A stretch of 64,000 bases of DNA from Azolla caroliniana (lineage: Eukaryota; Plantae; Polypodiophyta). Shown one piece after another: positions 1-12,390 of the stretch. The DNA is taken from contig JBHGNT010000001.1 of the NCBI GenBank assembly GCA_043228905.1, forward strand, positions 5,022,001 to 5,086,000, written 5' to 3'. The notes beneath the pieces are model-generated. The model saw only the letters and a program-made list of their open reading frames with translations. It did not search any database and was not told the origin of the DNA. Position 1 is the first letter of the stretch. Each line of letters opens with the position of its first letter. A program made the position numbers and the translations under genes.

Positions 1-568
1 ATCATTTTGGTAGGCAACAAAATACCAAAGGGGGGTCGTTGGACAATTACGTGTTAATGTGAAGTAAGTGAGAAATATGAAAAGAGATCGTGATTGATTT
101 TCCTTATAATCGGTAAGTGTACTGTGTAACATATATAAATCAATTCTTTTTCTACGAGGACACATCATCAAGGGACAACTTCCCAAATGGACGAGACATA
201 TACATCACGTGACACAATCTCCTACTGCCACATCAGAATGCTTTTGTATTTTTGCTATCGCACAAGACACGACGCTGACGCAATACATGAGCGCAGGAGT
301 GGCAATATCACACGACTCCACGATGTCCCTTGGACATCCAAAAGGAAGCGAAAATACATTTTGTGTTGTGCAGTGGTAGTACTCTCTCTCTCTCTCTCTG
401 TGTCACATGAATGAGGCTGCCTACATTAAGTCGTAGGTTCAGCAAAGTGGGAAATATCTGGGAAGGCTTCCACTTGCAATGCGGTTCAAAAAATTCAGGC
501 CATTTCATCCGCATATAGCCAGATTAGGTCAATAGCATTGAATTATTGTTGTTGTGCCCTCCCATTCA

Positions 569-607
569 TATATAAATTATAGACATACCCCCATCCGTAT
601 ATAAATA
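569..607 (+). promoter_or_regulatory. TATA-box candidates for UGT1
   Basis: TATATAAA at 569-576 and 598-605, about 90-125 nt upstream of ATG 695, followed by a CT-rich 5' UTR. Confidence 0.55.
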
Positions 608-694
608 TTGACATACCTCTGCACTAAATCTTCATCACCATCTATCCCCACAGCTACACCTGCACCCACACCTTCTTCTTCTTCTTCTTCTTCT

Positions 695-2399
695 ATGGCA
701 CCAATTCCATCATCCCCCCATGATGGGCGTCCCCAACCCCAACCCCAACTCCATGCCCTGGTCATCCCCTTCCCTGCCCAGGGCCACATTGCCCCCTTGA
801 TGCAACTCTCCCTCAAGCTCGCCCGCCAAGAAGGCTTCTCCGTCACATTCGTCAACACCCAATACAACCATCCCCTCCTCAGCCACCTCTTGCCCACCTT
901 CCAGGACGAGGGCCTCGACATACGCCTCGTTGAGGTCTACGACAAGCGCGACACCGGCCACACCACCGGCGTAGGCAGTATCGTCGAGCTCTGCGAAACC
1001 TTCTTCAGCCTCCAGCCCCAATTCGAGGAGCTCGTTCAGTCCCTCATCTCGCCCTCCATATCTTCCAACTCCTCCGACACTACTCACCGTCGTCCGCCAC
1101 TCTCCCTCATCATCGCTGACCTGTACCTCTACTTCACTCTCGACCTCGCTGCCAAATTCTCCCTCCCGCACATGGCTTTCTGGACTGCCTCTGCCGGCAC
1201 CCTAGCCTCCGTCCTGGCCATCAATCGGGGCCACCGACCCAGTAATAACTCCCCCCCCCTCTTTCTAGTTGAATATCGTAACTGTAAAATCCTGGAAATA
1301 AAGGCCTGTTTAGACCACTATATTCTTGAGGTTGAGCTGCCTCCCTAATGCTTACGTTAGAGATTTTGTTGTAGATGCAGATGATCCACTGGAGCTGGTG
1401 CGGTGGATCCCGGGCGTTCCACCATTGAAGCGTACCGAAATCAACGGCTTCTTGCAGTGCTTCGATCCTGCGGACCTTATGTACAACGTCTTCCTGGAGC
1501 CGTACCAGAGACGCAAGGAGACAACGTGGGTTGTATTCAACACGTTGGAGGCGTTGGAGCATGAATCTCTGGAGGCCTTGCGCGAAGAGAACGAGCGCGT
1601 GTTCAGCATTGGCCCTCTGCTACCGCTTGCATACTTGAAGGCTGGGGGAGGGGGAGGGGGAGGGGGAGAGGGAGGAGCTCCTCAACCCAATGGAGGCGAT
1701 GGGGCATTAGAGCCGTATCACACGGCCTCCCTCTGGCCAGAGGACCACGCCTGCCTGAAGTGGCTGAATCGGCAAGCCGCGAACTCCGTGCTGTATGTGT
1801 CCTTCGGGAGCATAGCCGTGTTGAGCGCGGAGCAGTTCGAGGAGCTGGCGTTGGGGCTAGAGGCGAGTGGTGTGGCGCTGCTGTGGGTCATACGCCCCGA
1901 TCTGATGTATGGGGAGAAGGCCTTGTTTCCTGCGGGCTACTTGGAGAGGATGAAGGAGCGCACGTGCTTCGTGGAGTGGGCGCCGCAGCTGCAGGTGTTG
2001 ACGCATGGGGCGGTGGGCGGATTCCTGACGCACTGCGGCTGGAACTCGACGTTGGAGAGCATATGCGCGGGAGTGCCGATGCTGGGGTGGCCCTACTTCG
2101 CGGACCAGATGCTGAACAACCGGTGCTGCGTGGACAAATGGGGGGTGGGGCTCACCTTCGACTCCGACCCGCTGCTTGGGCAGCTGGTGCGGCGCCAGGA
2201 GGTGGAGGGTAAAGTGCGGGAGCTCATGGGCCCCGAATCCGGGGCAGGCATTAGGCAGAAGGCCTGGGGTTGGCGCGAGGCAGCCCGCAAGGCTGCGCTC
2301 GTCAAGGGGGGCTCGTCCCAGCGCTCCTGGACCCAACTCATGGAATCCATTCGAACCAAGGTAGCAGCAGCAGGTGCGCCGGAGAAACCAGCTTGCTAG
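695..2399 (+). CDS. UDP-glycosyltransferase family 1 (UGT85/group G-like), copy 1; exons 695-1241 and 1375(or 1381)-2399, about 523 aa
   Basis: N-terminal HALVIPFPAQGHIAP (catalytic His) and LIIADLY (Asp). Complete PSPG box WAPQLQVLTHGAVGGFLTHCGWNSTLESICAGVPMLGWPYFADQ. A phase-1 intron (GTAATA at 1242, branch-like CTAAT, TAG at 1374 or CAG at 1380) joins the two ORFs in frame. Confidence 0.95.
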
Positions 2400-2859
2400 A
2401 CACTTAAAACTTTTTTTTATATGCTATATTGTTGTCGATGCTTATCTTTAGGCGCTTCACACCTAATTGCTGCCCAACCATTGTTTTCAGATGGAGGACG
2501 TATTTTATAGAATTTTTATGTCATGGTGTGGTCGCGTTGACGATGCTTTTGTACATTTGTTTTTTATGTTTGGGCATTATGTACATACAAGATGGTGAAA
2601 TAAAATCTCATTATTTTAGTAGAAAAATGCTTTGGAGGGGAGGGTTCTATCTTTAGTGCTGCCCTTAATTGTCTTTCTAATTCGATAGGTGTCCTCAACA
2701 AAAAAATGTTGTGATGTAGTAAAATGGTGTCTTGCCAATACATTTACATGAAAACCATTAAAAACTAGTTTGCCATGGCTATGCAGTTGCAACTTGCACT
2801 ACACAAAGCGAAAGATCCAAATAATTTCTTCATAATGTTAAATTTCTTTTCTCAACATA

Positions 2860-3072
2860 TCTCATCCTAGTCTTCATGTCAATACACTTTCAAATATACG
2901 AATCAATCATGTGAAGGGATTATCATCCTAGCCTCGATGTCAATCTTTCTTCTTTTGCTATACACTTTCAAATATACGGAAGGCATCATCTAAAGGAATT
3001 CTCATTCTTGTCTTGATGTCAACCGTTTCTTTTGCTATAGACCTTCAAATATACGAAGGCATCATGTGAAGG
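2860..3072. repeat. Degenerate tandem repeat, 3 copies of about 60-80 bp
   Basis: Recurring TCTCATCCTAGTCT..ATGTCAA..ACTTTCAAATATACGAA..ATCATGTGAAGG. Confidence 0.7.
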
Positions 3073-4379
3073 TTCAAACAAAAAGTACATGTCTTTACAT
3101 AATACTCTTTTCAGGTTCATCTTTTTTATGCTAGTTTTGATTCTTTATAATCTTCTTGAGCTCTTCATCTATCTTCTCATAGAAGTTGCTTAGAATATAG
3201 CTCTACCATATTATTGAGTTTTTTGATTTGTTGATAAGGGAGAACACAATCGTTCTTGTTAGTTATCTCTCCTTGATTAGAGAGACAGAGAGAGACAGAG
3301 AGAGTTTAGAGTGGCAAATTTATTAAGATAATTATACTTGCAAATTGGGATCCAAAGTCTCCTATATTCTTGGCTTTACTTAGGAAATGACTTTATCTAG
3401 GTAGGTCATGACTTGGATATGCATTTGACCAAACTCACCATTTTCGCATGCATTTAAGAACATGATATTTGACCAAACTTACCATTTGGGGATGAATTTT
3501 AGCTGGACTGCGAGTTTGGTTATTTCATTGATCCAATAAAACCATAGTATCGATTGGAGTTTCTCATCCTAGGAAGACTGATGGTCCTATGAGATCCACT
3601 TGAGGATTGCTACGAGACTCGTATTAGTATATTAGAGTGGGTTGTTTACTTAGGAATTGAAGGTTGTGCTTGTATGGCAAACAATTGCAATGCTTAGTAA
3701 GGTGTTGAATCACATAATTATCGTTCAATAAGGTGTGAAGTCCATGAAGGGCAAAATATATTTTTCAAAAGGAATCTCGCAATCAACACCCAACATTATC
3801 TTAGGGCCCCAGCCCACTTGGTGCCATAATTATTGGTAATGATTATGAATTGGCTTTATATAGGTCAATGTTGAGGCCCCACTTTTGCAATGTTTCAAGC
3901 AAAAGAACTAAATGATGCAACATCCTCGTGGCTCCATCAATTGAGTGAGCCATTGGAACTTTATGCAAGTATTGTCGTAGAAGTGGGGGTCCATTTCTGA
4001 TGTAGACCACCATGGTCCAATTTATTAGACTCTTCAAACTATGACAATCGTATTATGGTCCTCGTAGAGAACATGGTTTCTTCCAAGGTGGAATTTATTC
4101 TGTTTAAGGCTAAGGCTACCACTCAAATATACTAGATATCTTGTTTGATGACAAAGAGATTATTTTGATGAGCCAAAAAGACTTAAAACTATTGGAGATT
4201 GGCATTTTCAAAAGTCACCTTCAATGGTTTCTGGAAGCATGATTGGTGCAAACAAGGTTTTTTAACACATGGAATGGGAACCTTTCGACCCAACATGGAC
4301 CAAATCTCTTTGCAATATGTTAAACGTCTTTATTGTTGTTATGTTTACTACACTTCCTTGATAGTTGCTTACAGTTCTC

Positions 4380-4570
4380 AAAGAGCCTTAACTCTTCAAT
4401 GAACTAACTCACGCAAGTTACATGTTGATGAAGCATCATACGCAACCCAAGAATGAGGATATGTAAGAGAAACCTAATGGAGGATAAATATCATTCACTT
4501 GCCACATCCTCAATACATAAGGTATATCGAGATGTGTGATGACTTGTTAGGTGGGCATGATGCTCAATAC
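4380..4570 (+). mobile_element. Degenerate 3' fragment of an RTE/RTEX-like LINE
   Basis: Aligns by eye with the reverse complement of 6465-6640 (AGAGCCTTAAC..CTCAC.CAAG..TATAAGGTA..TGATGAC.T.TTA..TGG.CATGAT), which encodes the EDEYHFLLTC motif. Confidence 0.45.
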
Positions 4571-5558
4571 GAAAGAAAAATCCAAAAGTTTGACACTTCT
4601 TTTCTAGTCAAGAATATACAATACAAGTAGGCCACACACATACATGAAATGTGAACATAGTAAAAACTAGTAAGAGATGTCAAAACACATCTTCCATGAG
4701 GTACTTCACAATGTATAAAGTATTTGTGAATATAGAAATGGTAGGTACTAGGCACAACTAGAGTTTTTTTCTATGATCATGTAAGGATCTTGTGTTGGGC
4801 TACGAATGCTTTCAAATAATGCTTCAAAACATCTGGCCATGTTAGTGACACGAATACCAATAGTATGCACTATGTACTCCAAACATAATTTCGAAGAGTA
4901 TGGGAGGGCATATACAATTGTGGTAATTCAGAAAAAGGGGTGTGTAATGGTGTCCCATGTGTGTTGTGTTTTCATGGGTGTGGTGTTGTTTGGGGATCTC
5001 GGAGGCACATAGTAATCAATGATGGAAAATGAATTTAAAAGCTATCTCATAGTCGAGACTAAGCGCACTTGTTACAATTAATGCCCAATGTAGTTTGCTT
5101 GCCATTCCGCTCCTTCAATCAATCACTTGTAAATAATAAATGCAAATACACACGTAATCTTATGCTCTCATGGGGAGGGATTAAAACTTGTGCATGTGCA
5201 GCCGGAGAAACTCCTAATTATAGATTGAATTATATACAATGGGTAACATGGAATAGCTCCTAATGCGATAAAGGGGTAATTGTGTGCGTATCTATGTGTA
5301 ACTAATAATCTATTTATGTGCACAAGTATGTTGTATCATGTGCATGGATGTGTTTAGAAATATAAATTATGCTCATAAACAACTTTACAAATATGATGAC
5401 TATAACACAAGTATTTGTGGAATGAGGAGGAACACCATTAGTATAATTCCCTCCATTTCAATAAGTTTTGGCAATTTGAACCAAAATTACACAACATAAC
5501 ACAATATTGAGCCCTTTTACATATAGTGAGAAGAGATAAGAATAAAGATAAGCTAAGA

Positions 5559-6236
5559 GATTGGAATGGAGAACCCCCCATACTGCTGCTCCTTGTGAGA
5601 AGAGGCAACTTGCATTAATTGTCAATAATAAAGAAAGAACTTTATTCCATACCTAGTGGGTTAGTGAACAGGACTAGAGAGCATGCTTTGTAGTTTCTTG
5701 CAAGTCACCGCAGTAACTACATTGTCTAAGAACAAGTGCCACATTTCCTTTCAAAGACAGATGATGCTCTAGAGGCTAAGACAACCATTAACATGCATCT
5801 AATATCTGTCTCCCCTTTTGCGCAACCTCGAAAGCAAATGCTCCGGCCCATGTATGGAAAACAGTATCTATGGTTACATTATGGACCTTATGGAAGTATC
5901 GATGTAAAAGACGATATGATTCCATAATTCCCCTTCTCTCAGATATATTGCTAAAATTATGGGAGAGTTTATTGGGAGTAGTGGGTGGGCAATATGACAA
6001 TATGTCGGGCCCTTCGAAGGTTGTTCTTAAGAAAAGGAAAAAAATTACTGCAGTTATGGAGGAAGTTGCCTCTATTCATGGTCTCCTCTAAAGGACCAAT
6101 CTTGAAATATCATCACCCCTAGCCCTTTCCCTGATCATCCTTTTTGTATACAATACTCTCTAATTGTACATTGTGTAGCCTTCCAACGTTTTTTCTTAAA
6201 AGTTAATACTGATGAAGGAAATCTTTATAGAAAAAA
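5559..6236 (+). mobile_element. 5'-truncated L1-clade LINE 3' end with A-tail and about 21-bp TSD
   Basis: ORF2 C-terminal-like peptide VTLWTLWKYRCKRRYD; A-run at 6231; flanking direct repeat AAGAATAA(A/G)GATAAGCTAAGA at 5538-5558 and 6237-6257. Confidence 0.75.
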
Positions 6237-6379
6237 AAGAATAAGGATAAGCTAAGACTCAAGCCAACATTAGCCTCGTTATTGTATGCCTCCCCTAAAG
6301 TTATTTAAATCTCCCTCTTCTCCTTTATTTTGATGAGCACTTTCACCAAAATTTTGAGTCTTTCTACAACTTCCCGTTT

Positions 6380-6660
6380 CTATGCAAACACTTGTATAGG
6401 ACATTAATGCACCCATGTACGTGCTCACCCTTCTTAGAGGAGATTTGAATATAACACTAAAATTATCATGTCCATTTAATAGGTCATCATACTTATTGAA
6501 ATTTACCTTATATTTTGGGCATGTGAGAAGAAAGTGATACTCATCCTCCACTAGCATATATCAACCTTCAGGGATGATGACATCGTGCTACCTCAACACC
6601 TAGCTTGTGTGAGTGAATTTGAAGAGTGTTAAGGCTCTTCGAAAGCCAAGGTTCATGAGG
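6380..6660 (-). mobile_element. 3' fragment of an RTE/RTEX-like LINE
   Basis: Encodes VEDEYHFLLTCPKY, a C-terminal His/Cys motif typical of non-LTR ORF2 proteins. Confidence 0.6.
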
Positions 6661-7648
6661 GTAGTAAGATATAGTTTGATACATTTTGGCATTTTTACCT
6701 TGTATTGAGGCTCAATGTAATATTCCGTGTTTGCCACAATACCATCATGCCAATCCAACGTATTACTTTGGGTGCAATAATTACCAAACATATAATTATA
6801 TAGTACTGTCCTCTCATCCGTAGGCGTCATATTACAACTCACTTTGTGTCATCTTAGATTTGTCCTTTAGGTAGCATATAAATTTGTATCCTTTACATTT
6901 GCTATATCATTAATTATATCCTTTACATTACACTCTTAACAATATATTGTAAATACAATGCATACTAACTCTTTCATTAGAAAGGTACTTAATGCAAATG
7001 GATTAATGAAATTTGTTAATGTTTAAGGAATTAGCACCAATAATATCACGTACAATAGGGTCCACTCTGTAAAGGTGATATAATGAATACGTGTGAAATG
7101 TATGACATAGAAAATACTAACATGATCCATTTATATCAAAGCTATACTTATAAATATGAAATTTGATATCAACATTATGTGAAAATTTGATGCAAAGTTC
7201 TTTCTTTTGAAGTACTATAATAAAGATTTGGACAAAAGAGAGTCATGGCAAGTGTTGTGTAATTATTTTGGGACAGATGCATATGCACTTGTTAATCAAG
7301 AAGAATGTAAAGGTGAAAGAAGATATTTTATCAGGAAGAGTAGAAATTGTTTATGAGAGGAGACACAAGCATGATTATTAGGAACGTGAAAGAGGTGTTA
7401 GCATTTTTTGTCACAATATTTAGGTGTGTGGATATGCATTGGATGCCCAAATGTTATTGTTTTTTAATACAGCGTGAAAAGGCTCACACTAATATGTATT
7501 TACATATCTATGTTCACTTTTGAAAGAAAAAACAGAAATTTTGGAGAGCTCACACTCTTCTTGTTTGGATTCTATTAGCACTTTAGAGTATCGATTAAGT
7601 GCAGACATTTTGAACATCACTCCTCCATCACTAGCCACATGTTGTGAG

Positions 7649-8439
7649 CAGGGCCTGAATTTGACAGGTTAGTATAAAAGTTTTTTGACGGGCATTTTTT
7701 AAAGATGTATGTCATATGACACAAGAGTGCAAAAACTAACATGTCATTTGGCATACCAATTTTAATAATGAAAGTTCTATATGATGTTTCATGTTGTACA
7801 TTTCATTACTATAGAAAGTGCACAAAGATGCACAAATAAACATAACTACCTAACAAAGATAATGAAATACATAAAATTAATATCATGTTAATGTTTTTAC
7901 TAATAAGTATGAAAAAAAAGCTAGTAAAAATTAAGTTTTAACTTAAAATTAAGTAAAAACATTTAGTTTTAACTTAAAACTTACAACATTAAAATCAAAC
8001 CTAGAGTTATACACTCTTAAAGTATGTATTTAATAAAGGTTATTGTTTAAAATTTCAATCAAATTTTAACTAATATTATTAGTAAAGAAATTAAGAATAA
8101 ATATTTGAGAATATATACCATTATTACATGATAATAATATTATTTTAAGCGTGCTATAAAAAACATATAATTTTTTGGATTTTTTTATATAGTATTAATA
8201 TATTATAATACACACTTCACATATATAATAAGTGACATATGTATATTTATATAATATAGATGACATGGAAAATAGAATTTTCACATGTCATTTGACATGC
8301 ATAATTTGTAGGGGCCTTTCGCATGAAAAATAGATATTTAAACTTTATATGTCACTTGACGGGCATTTTTATTATGTGTATGTTTTTTACGGTCAAAATG
8401 GCCTTCGACGGGCATGACGCCCGTCAAATTCCTGCCCTG
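7649..8439. mobile_element. Non-autonomous hAT-type element (MITE), 791 bp
   Basis: Perfect 8-bp TSD GTTGTGAG (7641-7648, 8440-8447). 20-bp TIRs CAGGGCCTGAATTTGACAGG / CAGGGCAGGAATTTGACGGG (17/20). Subterminal GACGGGCAT motifs and an AT-rich non-coding interior. Confidence 0.93.
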
Positions 8440-9065
8440 GTTGTGAGTCTTTGGGTGGTTTTATTGTGTCTCGTTAATTGGGTTCTAATTTAAATTATTT
8501 GAGGAAATTTTACCTTCCTTTTTATATAGTACTCTAATATATTTAGAATAGAACTTTCGTGTACCAATTTAATACGTTGACAAGTGAAATGCTTTTGAAC
8601 TCGGTTTGTAGTTTTTACCTCTTTTTTAGGGTTTCCTACGTTAACAAATTTTGTGATGTATCATGCATACTTTTATTTTTCTTGTGTCTATTGTTATTTT
8701 TCTGGAATAATTTGCACAACATAATCCGTTTTATAGAACTCCATAAAGTGCTACCGTGAATCCTACTACAGGTTCATGAAAATTGTCTTTTGGGAATTAC
8801 AATACAAAAAGTAGTGTACACTTTTGTGAGTACAACAATAAATTTATTTTAAGCCATGTCTCTCTCTCTCTCTCTCTCTCTTTGTCTTTTGTGAGTACAA
8901 CAGTAAATTTATTTTAAGACAACTCACGAGACAACACTCAAGATGTAATCTCTTATTTGGTCTTATCGGCCATTTTGGCCTCTGAAAAGATGTTAATATA
9001 TCTTTCTCTCTCTCTCTCTCTCTCTCTCTGAGAGAGAGAGGGAGAGAGAGAGGGGGGGGCGACCT

Positions 9066-9346
9066 GATTATTAAGCCCTTGTGCGTCAATCAGGGCCATG
9101 ACCAACTGATGTTGCGTGGCCAAGTGGGGGATTGGGCTTGCTTTGGAAACTGACCCATTGATAGGGCAGGTCGTGCGGCGCGACAAGATGGAGAGGAAGG
9201 CACCAGAGCTCATTGGTCCAAATGTAGGGGCACAATTGAGGGAGAGGGTGTCGTATTGGTGTGAGGAAACCCGGAAGACAGCGGTGGGGAAGTTAGGCCC
9301 TTTGGAGAGATTGTGGACAGACCTGATGAATGCCATTGAAAGCTAG
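9066..9346 (+). pseudogene. UGT pseudogene remnant (exon-1 end fused to the 3' end of exon 2)
   Basis: 9084-9099 is identical to the UGT2 exon-1 end (10657-10672). It is followed by MTN*CCVAKWGIGLALETDPLIGQVVRR...WTDLMNAIES*, homologous to the UGT C-termini. Confidence 0.88.
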
Positions 9347-10138
9347 AGAACAACAAAATCTTTCCCTATCATTATTGTGTCCTTTAGAAATGCCCTTTAT
9401 TATTATGTTTTAACTTATGCCCTTACATTGTGAGGGTCTCCCAACGCATGAAGCAAGAGTTAGGACAAAGAGAATTGGGACAAGAAGATGATTTACATTC
9501 TAAGAAAGAGATACAAGATTACAAGAGTCCTAATGTTGGGACAAAACCATAAGATAAAAGAGGGGCTACAATATTACAATGGCAGAGAGGCTCAAAGATT
9601 AGGAATCATCGAAAATGAAGAGAGGCTCCTCATTGTATAGACCAAGGTATGGCAGTTGGACTATCTGTTGGGACTAACTTTTGACTTTTGAAGTGCGAAA
9701 ATAACTTCATCCATCCATCAATTAGTGGCACTTTGTATTAGTAGTAACCTTTTGGACAAAACCCAAAAATCAAGAGGGGAAAAACAATATCAAAACACTT
9801 GTGTTCACAAACATAAATCTTCAAGGGACATGTCACATAAATTCATTCTTCACATTTTTCTAAGCATTAGTGAAAAAAAATAAAAAACACTTTTTGGAAT
9901 TACACTGTATAAACGCGAACAAAAGAAATGGATCCAAATAGTGGTGCACACTTTTCTCACGATGCATTTAAGATCACTCAAGTAGTTCAACATTACATTG
10001 TTTTAAAGCCCCGCGTGTGTATCCATACATGTAACATATACATATATATGTATGCATTGCCAGACTATAACTGTGGAAGCACCAGGAAGAGGGGTGGATA
10101 ATCCATCCATCCACAGAAGCAATTCAGCTACAAAAATT

Positions 10139-11806
10139 ATGGTGTCTCCTGATGCAACCACCACCATAAACGGTAGTAGTAGTAGTAGTAGTAGTAGGCA
10201 TCATGCGGTGGCCATCCCTTTGCCCGCCCAGGGCCACATAAACCCCATGATGCACCTCTGCGTCAAGCTCGCCCGGGACAACGACTTCGTGGTCACCTTT
10301 GTGGCCACGCAGTATCACCATCCCCTCCTCGTCCGCAACCTCGCCCCCGTCTTCCAGGACCAGGGTCTCGACATCCGCATTGTCGAAATACGCGACAAGC
10401 GCAACACCGGGAACACCACTGGGGCCGGCAGCATGGTCGAGCTCCGCCATTCCTTCTTCAGCCTCCTCCCCGAGTTCGAGGAGCTCTTTCAATCCCTCAT
10501 CACTGCCTCTACATCCGACCCCATCACTCATCCACCCCCCTCCCTCATCATCTACGATTTCTACCTCCCTTTCTTGCTCGAGCTCGGCACAAAGTTCAGC
10601 CTCCCTCGCATCGCCTTCTATTCTGCCTCTGCGGGCGCGCTTGCTTCCTTCATGGCCGTCAATCAGGGCCATCGATCCGGTAATAATCCATCCCCCCCTT
10701 CCCAACCTCCTCCTTTCTAGCATACCCCCTAGCGCAATCATCCACTCAATCAAAACATTTTGTGTATTATGTATGGAGTATAGTAGTAACAGCAGTAAGT
10801 CTGCCTAACACTTATAATTCTTTGGTTGCTGGAAGATCCGCACGACCTGATCCGATGGATCCCGGGTGTTCCTCCGTTGAAGCCAAACGAATTCTTCAGC
10901 TTCCTGCAGTGTTTTGACCCGGCTGATCTGATGTATGCAACCTTATTGGAGGCATACCAGAGGCTCAAGGAGGCTTCGAGCATCGTAATCAACACATTCG
11001 ATGCGTTGGAGCACGAAACTCTGGAGGCCTTACGGGAAGAGAATCCCCACATATTCGCGGTGGGCCCTCTGCTACCACCTGCATATTTTAATGACCATGG
11101 CAAAGCCGGCATGGATGGGGATGGAGCGGATGCTACTCAGAATCCTGGCAATGAGGGTTTAGTGACGACATATCACAGTGCAGCGCTCTGGGAAGACGAT
11201 CACAGCTGCCTCCATTGGCTAAACAGACAAGCCCTAAAATCGGTGCTGTTCGTATCGTTCGGGAGCATAGCTGTGCTGACGCAGGAGCAATTCGAGGAGC
11301 TGGCATTAGGGCTAGAGGCCAGTGGTGTCCCGGTTCTGTGGGTGATTCGCCAGGATCTGATGTATGGGGAGAAGGCCTTGTTCCCTGGGGGCTACTTGGA
11401 GAGGATGAAGGAGCGTGCATGCTTCGTGGAGTGGGCGCCACAGCTGCAGGTTCTGAGGCACGGGGCGGTGGGCGGATTCTTGACGCATTGCGGCTGGAAC
11501 TCGACATTAGAGAGCATATGCGCGGGAGTGCCAATGCTGGGATGGCCCTACTTCGCGGACCAGATGATGAACAACCGGTGCTGCGTGGACAAATGGGGCG
11601 TGGGCCTGGCCTTCGACTCCGATCCGCTGCTTGGGCAGCTCGTGCGACGCGACGAGGTGGAGGCGAAGGTGCGAGAGCTCATGGTGTCCCAATCTGGGCG
11701 CACAATGTGGCTTGAGGCAAGCCGAGAGGCGGTGGTGGTGAAGGGAGGCTCTTCGGAGAGGTCGTGGAAAGACCTGATAGATGCCATTGAAAGCTGGAGA
11801 CTCTAG
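10139..11806 (+). CDS. UDP-glycosyltransferase family 1 (UGT85/group G-like), copy 2; exons 10139-10679 and 10836-11806, about 503 aa
   Basis: HAVAIPLPAQGHINP, LIIYDFY and a PSPG box ending ADQ. Phase-1 intron GTAATA (10680) to AAG (10835) with a CTAAC branch site, at the same position as in the paralogs. Confidence 0.93.
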
Positions 11807-12135
11807 AGCTGCAAATCAAGAGCAGCGCCACCAAGTTGGGAATAAGAATACTTCATTAACCATTAAATATCTTCCTCCAAGAAGCTCAAAGGTTATCTCA
11901 CCTTCTATGGTTGCTTCAGCTTGTTTAATGGCGTTCTGGTATTTTAAAATAATAGGAGGGTCTATTGGCTTACACTTTGTAACCAATCTTTATGCTTTGT
12001 TGAGAGCGTCAATTCGTTTGTACTTTTGTAACCAATCTTTATGATTTGTTAAATTGTTGGTTGCACCAATATGAAAATACCAAATGTCATTCATTATATT
12101 TGAATTTTTGGAAATAGTTGACAAAACTACATACA

Positions 12136-12305
12136 CAATGAAAGCTTGAAAAACCTCTTCATAAAATTTCTGCCTTGTAACACTTATGACAATGAAAGCT
12201 TGAAAAACATGTTCATAAATGTTCATAAATTGCCTTGTAACACTTATGACAACATAAAGCTTGAAAAACATGTTCATAAATGTTCTGCCTTGTAACACTT
12301 ATGAT
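12136..12305. repeat. Tandem repeat, 3 copies of about 55 bp
   Basis: AAAGCTTGAAAAAC.T.TTCATAAA...TGCCTTGTAACACTTATGA repeated three times. Confidence 0.85.
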
Positions 12306-12390
12306 CCTTGAGGCAATCATTATCATCCACATTTGCTTGAACTAGCTGAGGACTATTAAAACTCATTCTTCTTGCAACTATTTTCACCGT

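Noticed and set aside
608-694. Upstream extensions of UGT ORFs (TTG 608; ATG 10052)
   Set aside because: They lie in TATA/5' UTR sequence. The homologous UGT2/UGT3 start is MVS, and 695 is the first ATG of UGT1.
577-2364. Overlapping and antisense ORFs over UGT1 (likewise over UGT2, UGT3 and element C)
   Set aside because: Shadow frames of GC-rich coding DNA with no recognisable domains.
3370-4200. Possible old LINE remnant
   Set aside because: Only short, motif-poor ORFs; no boundaries or domains that I can support.
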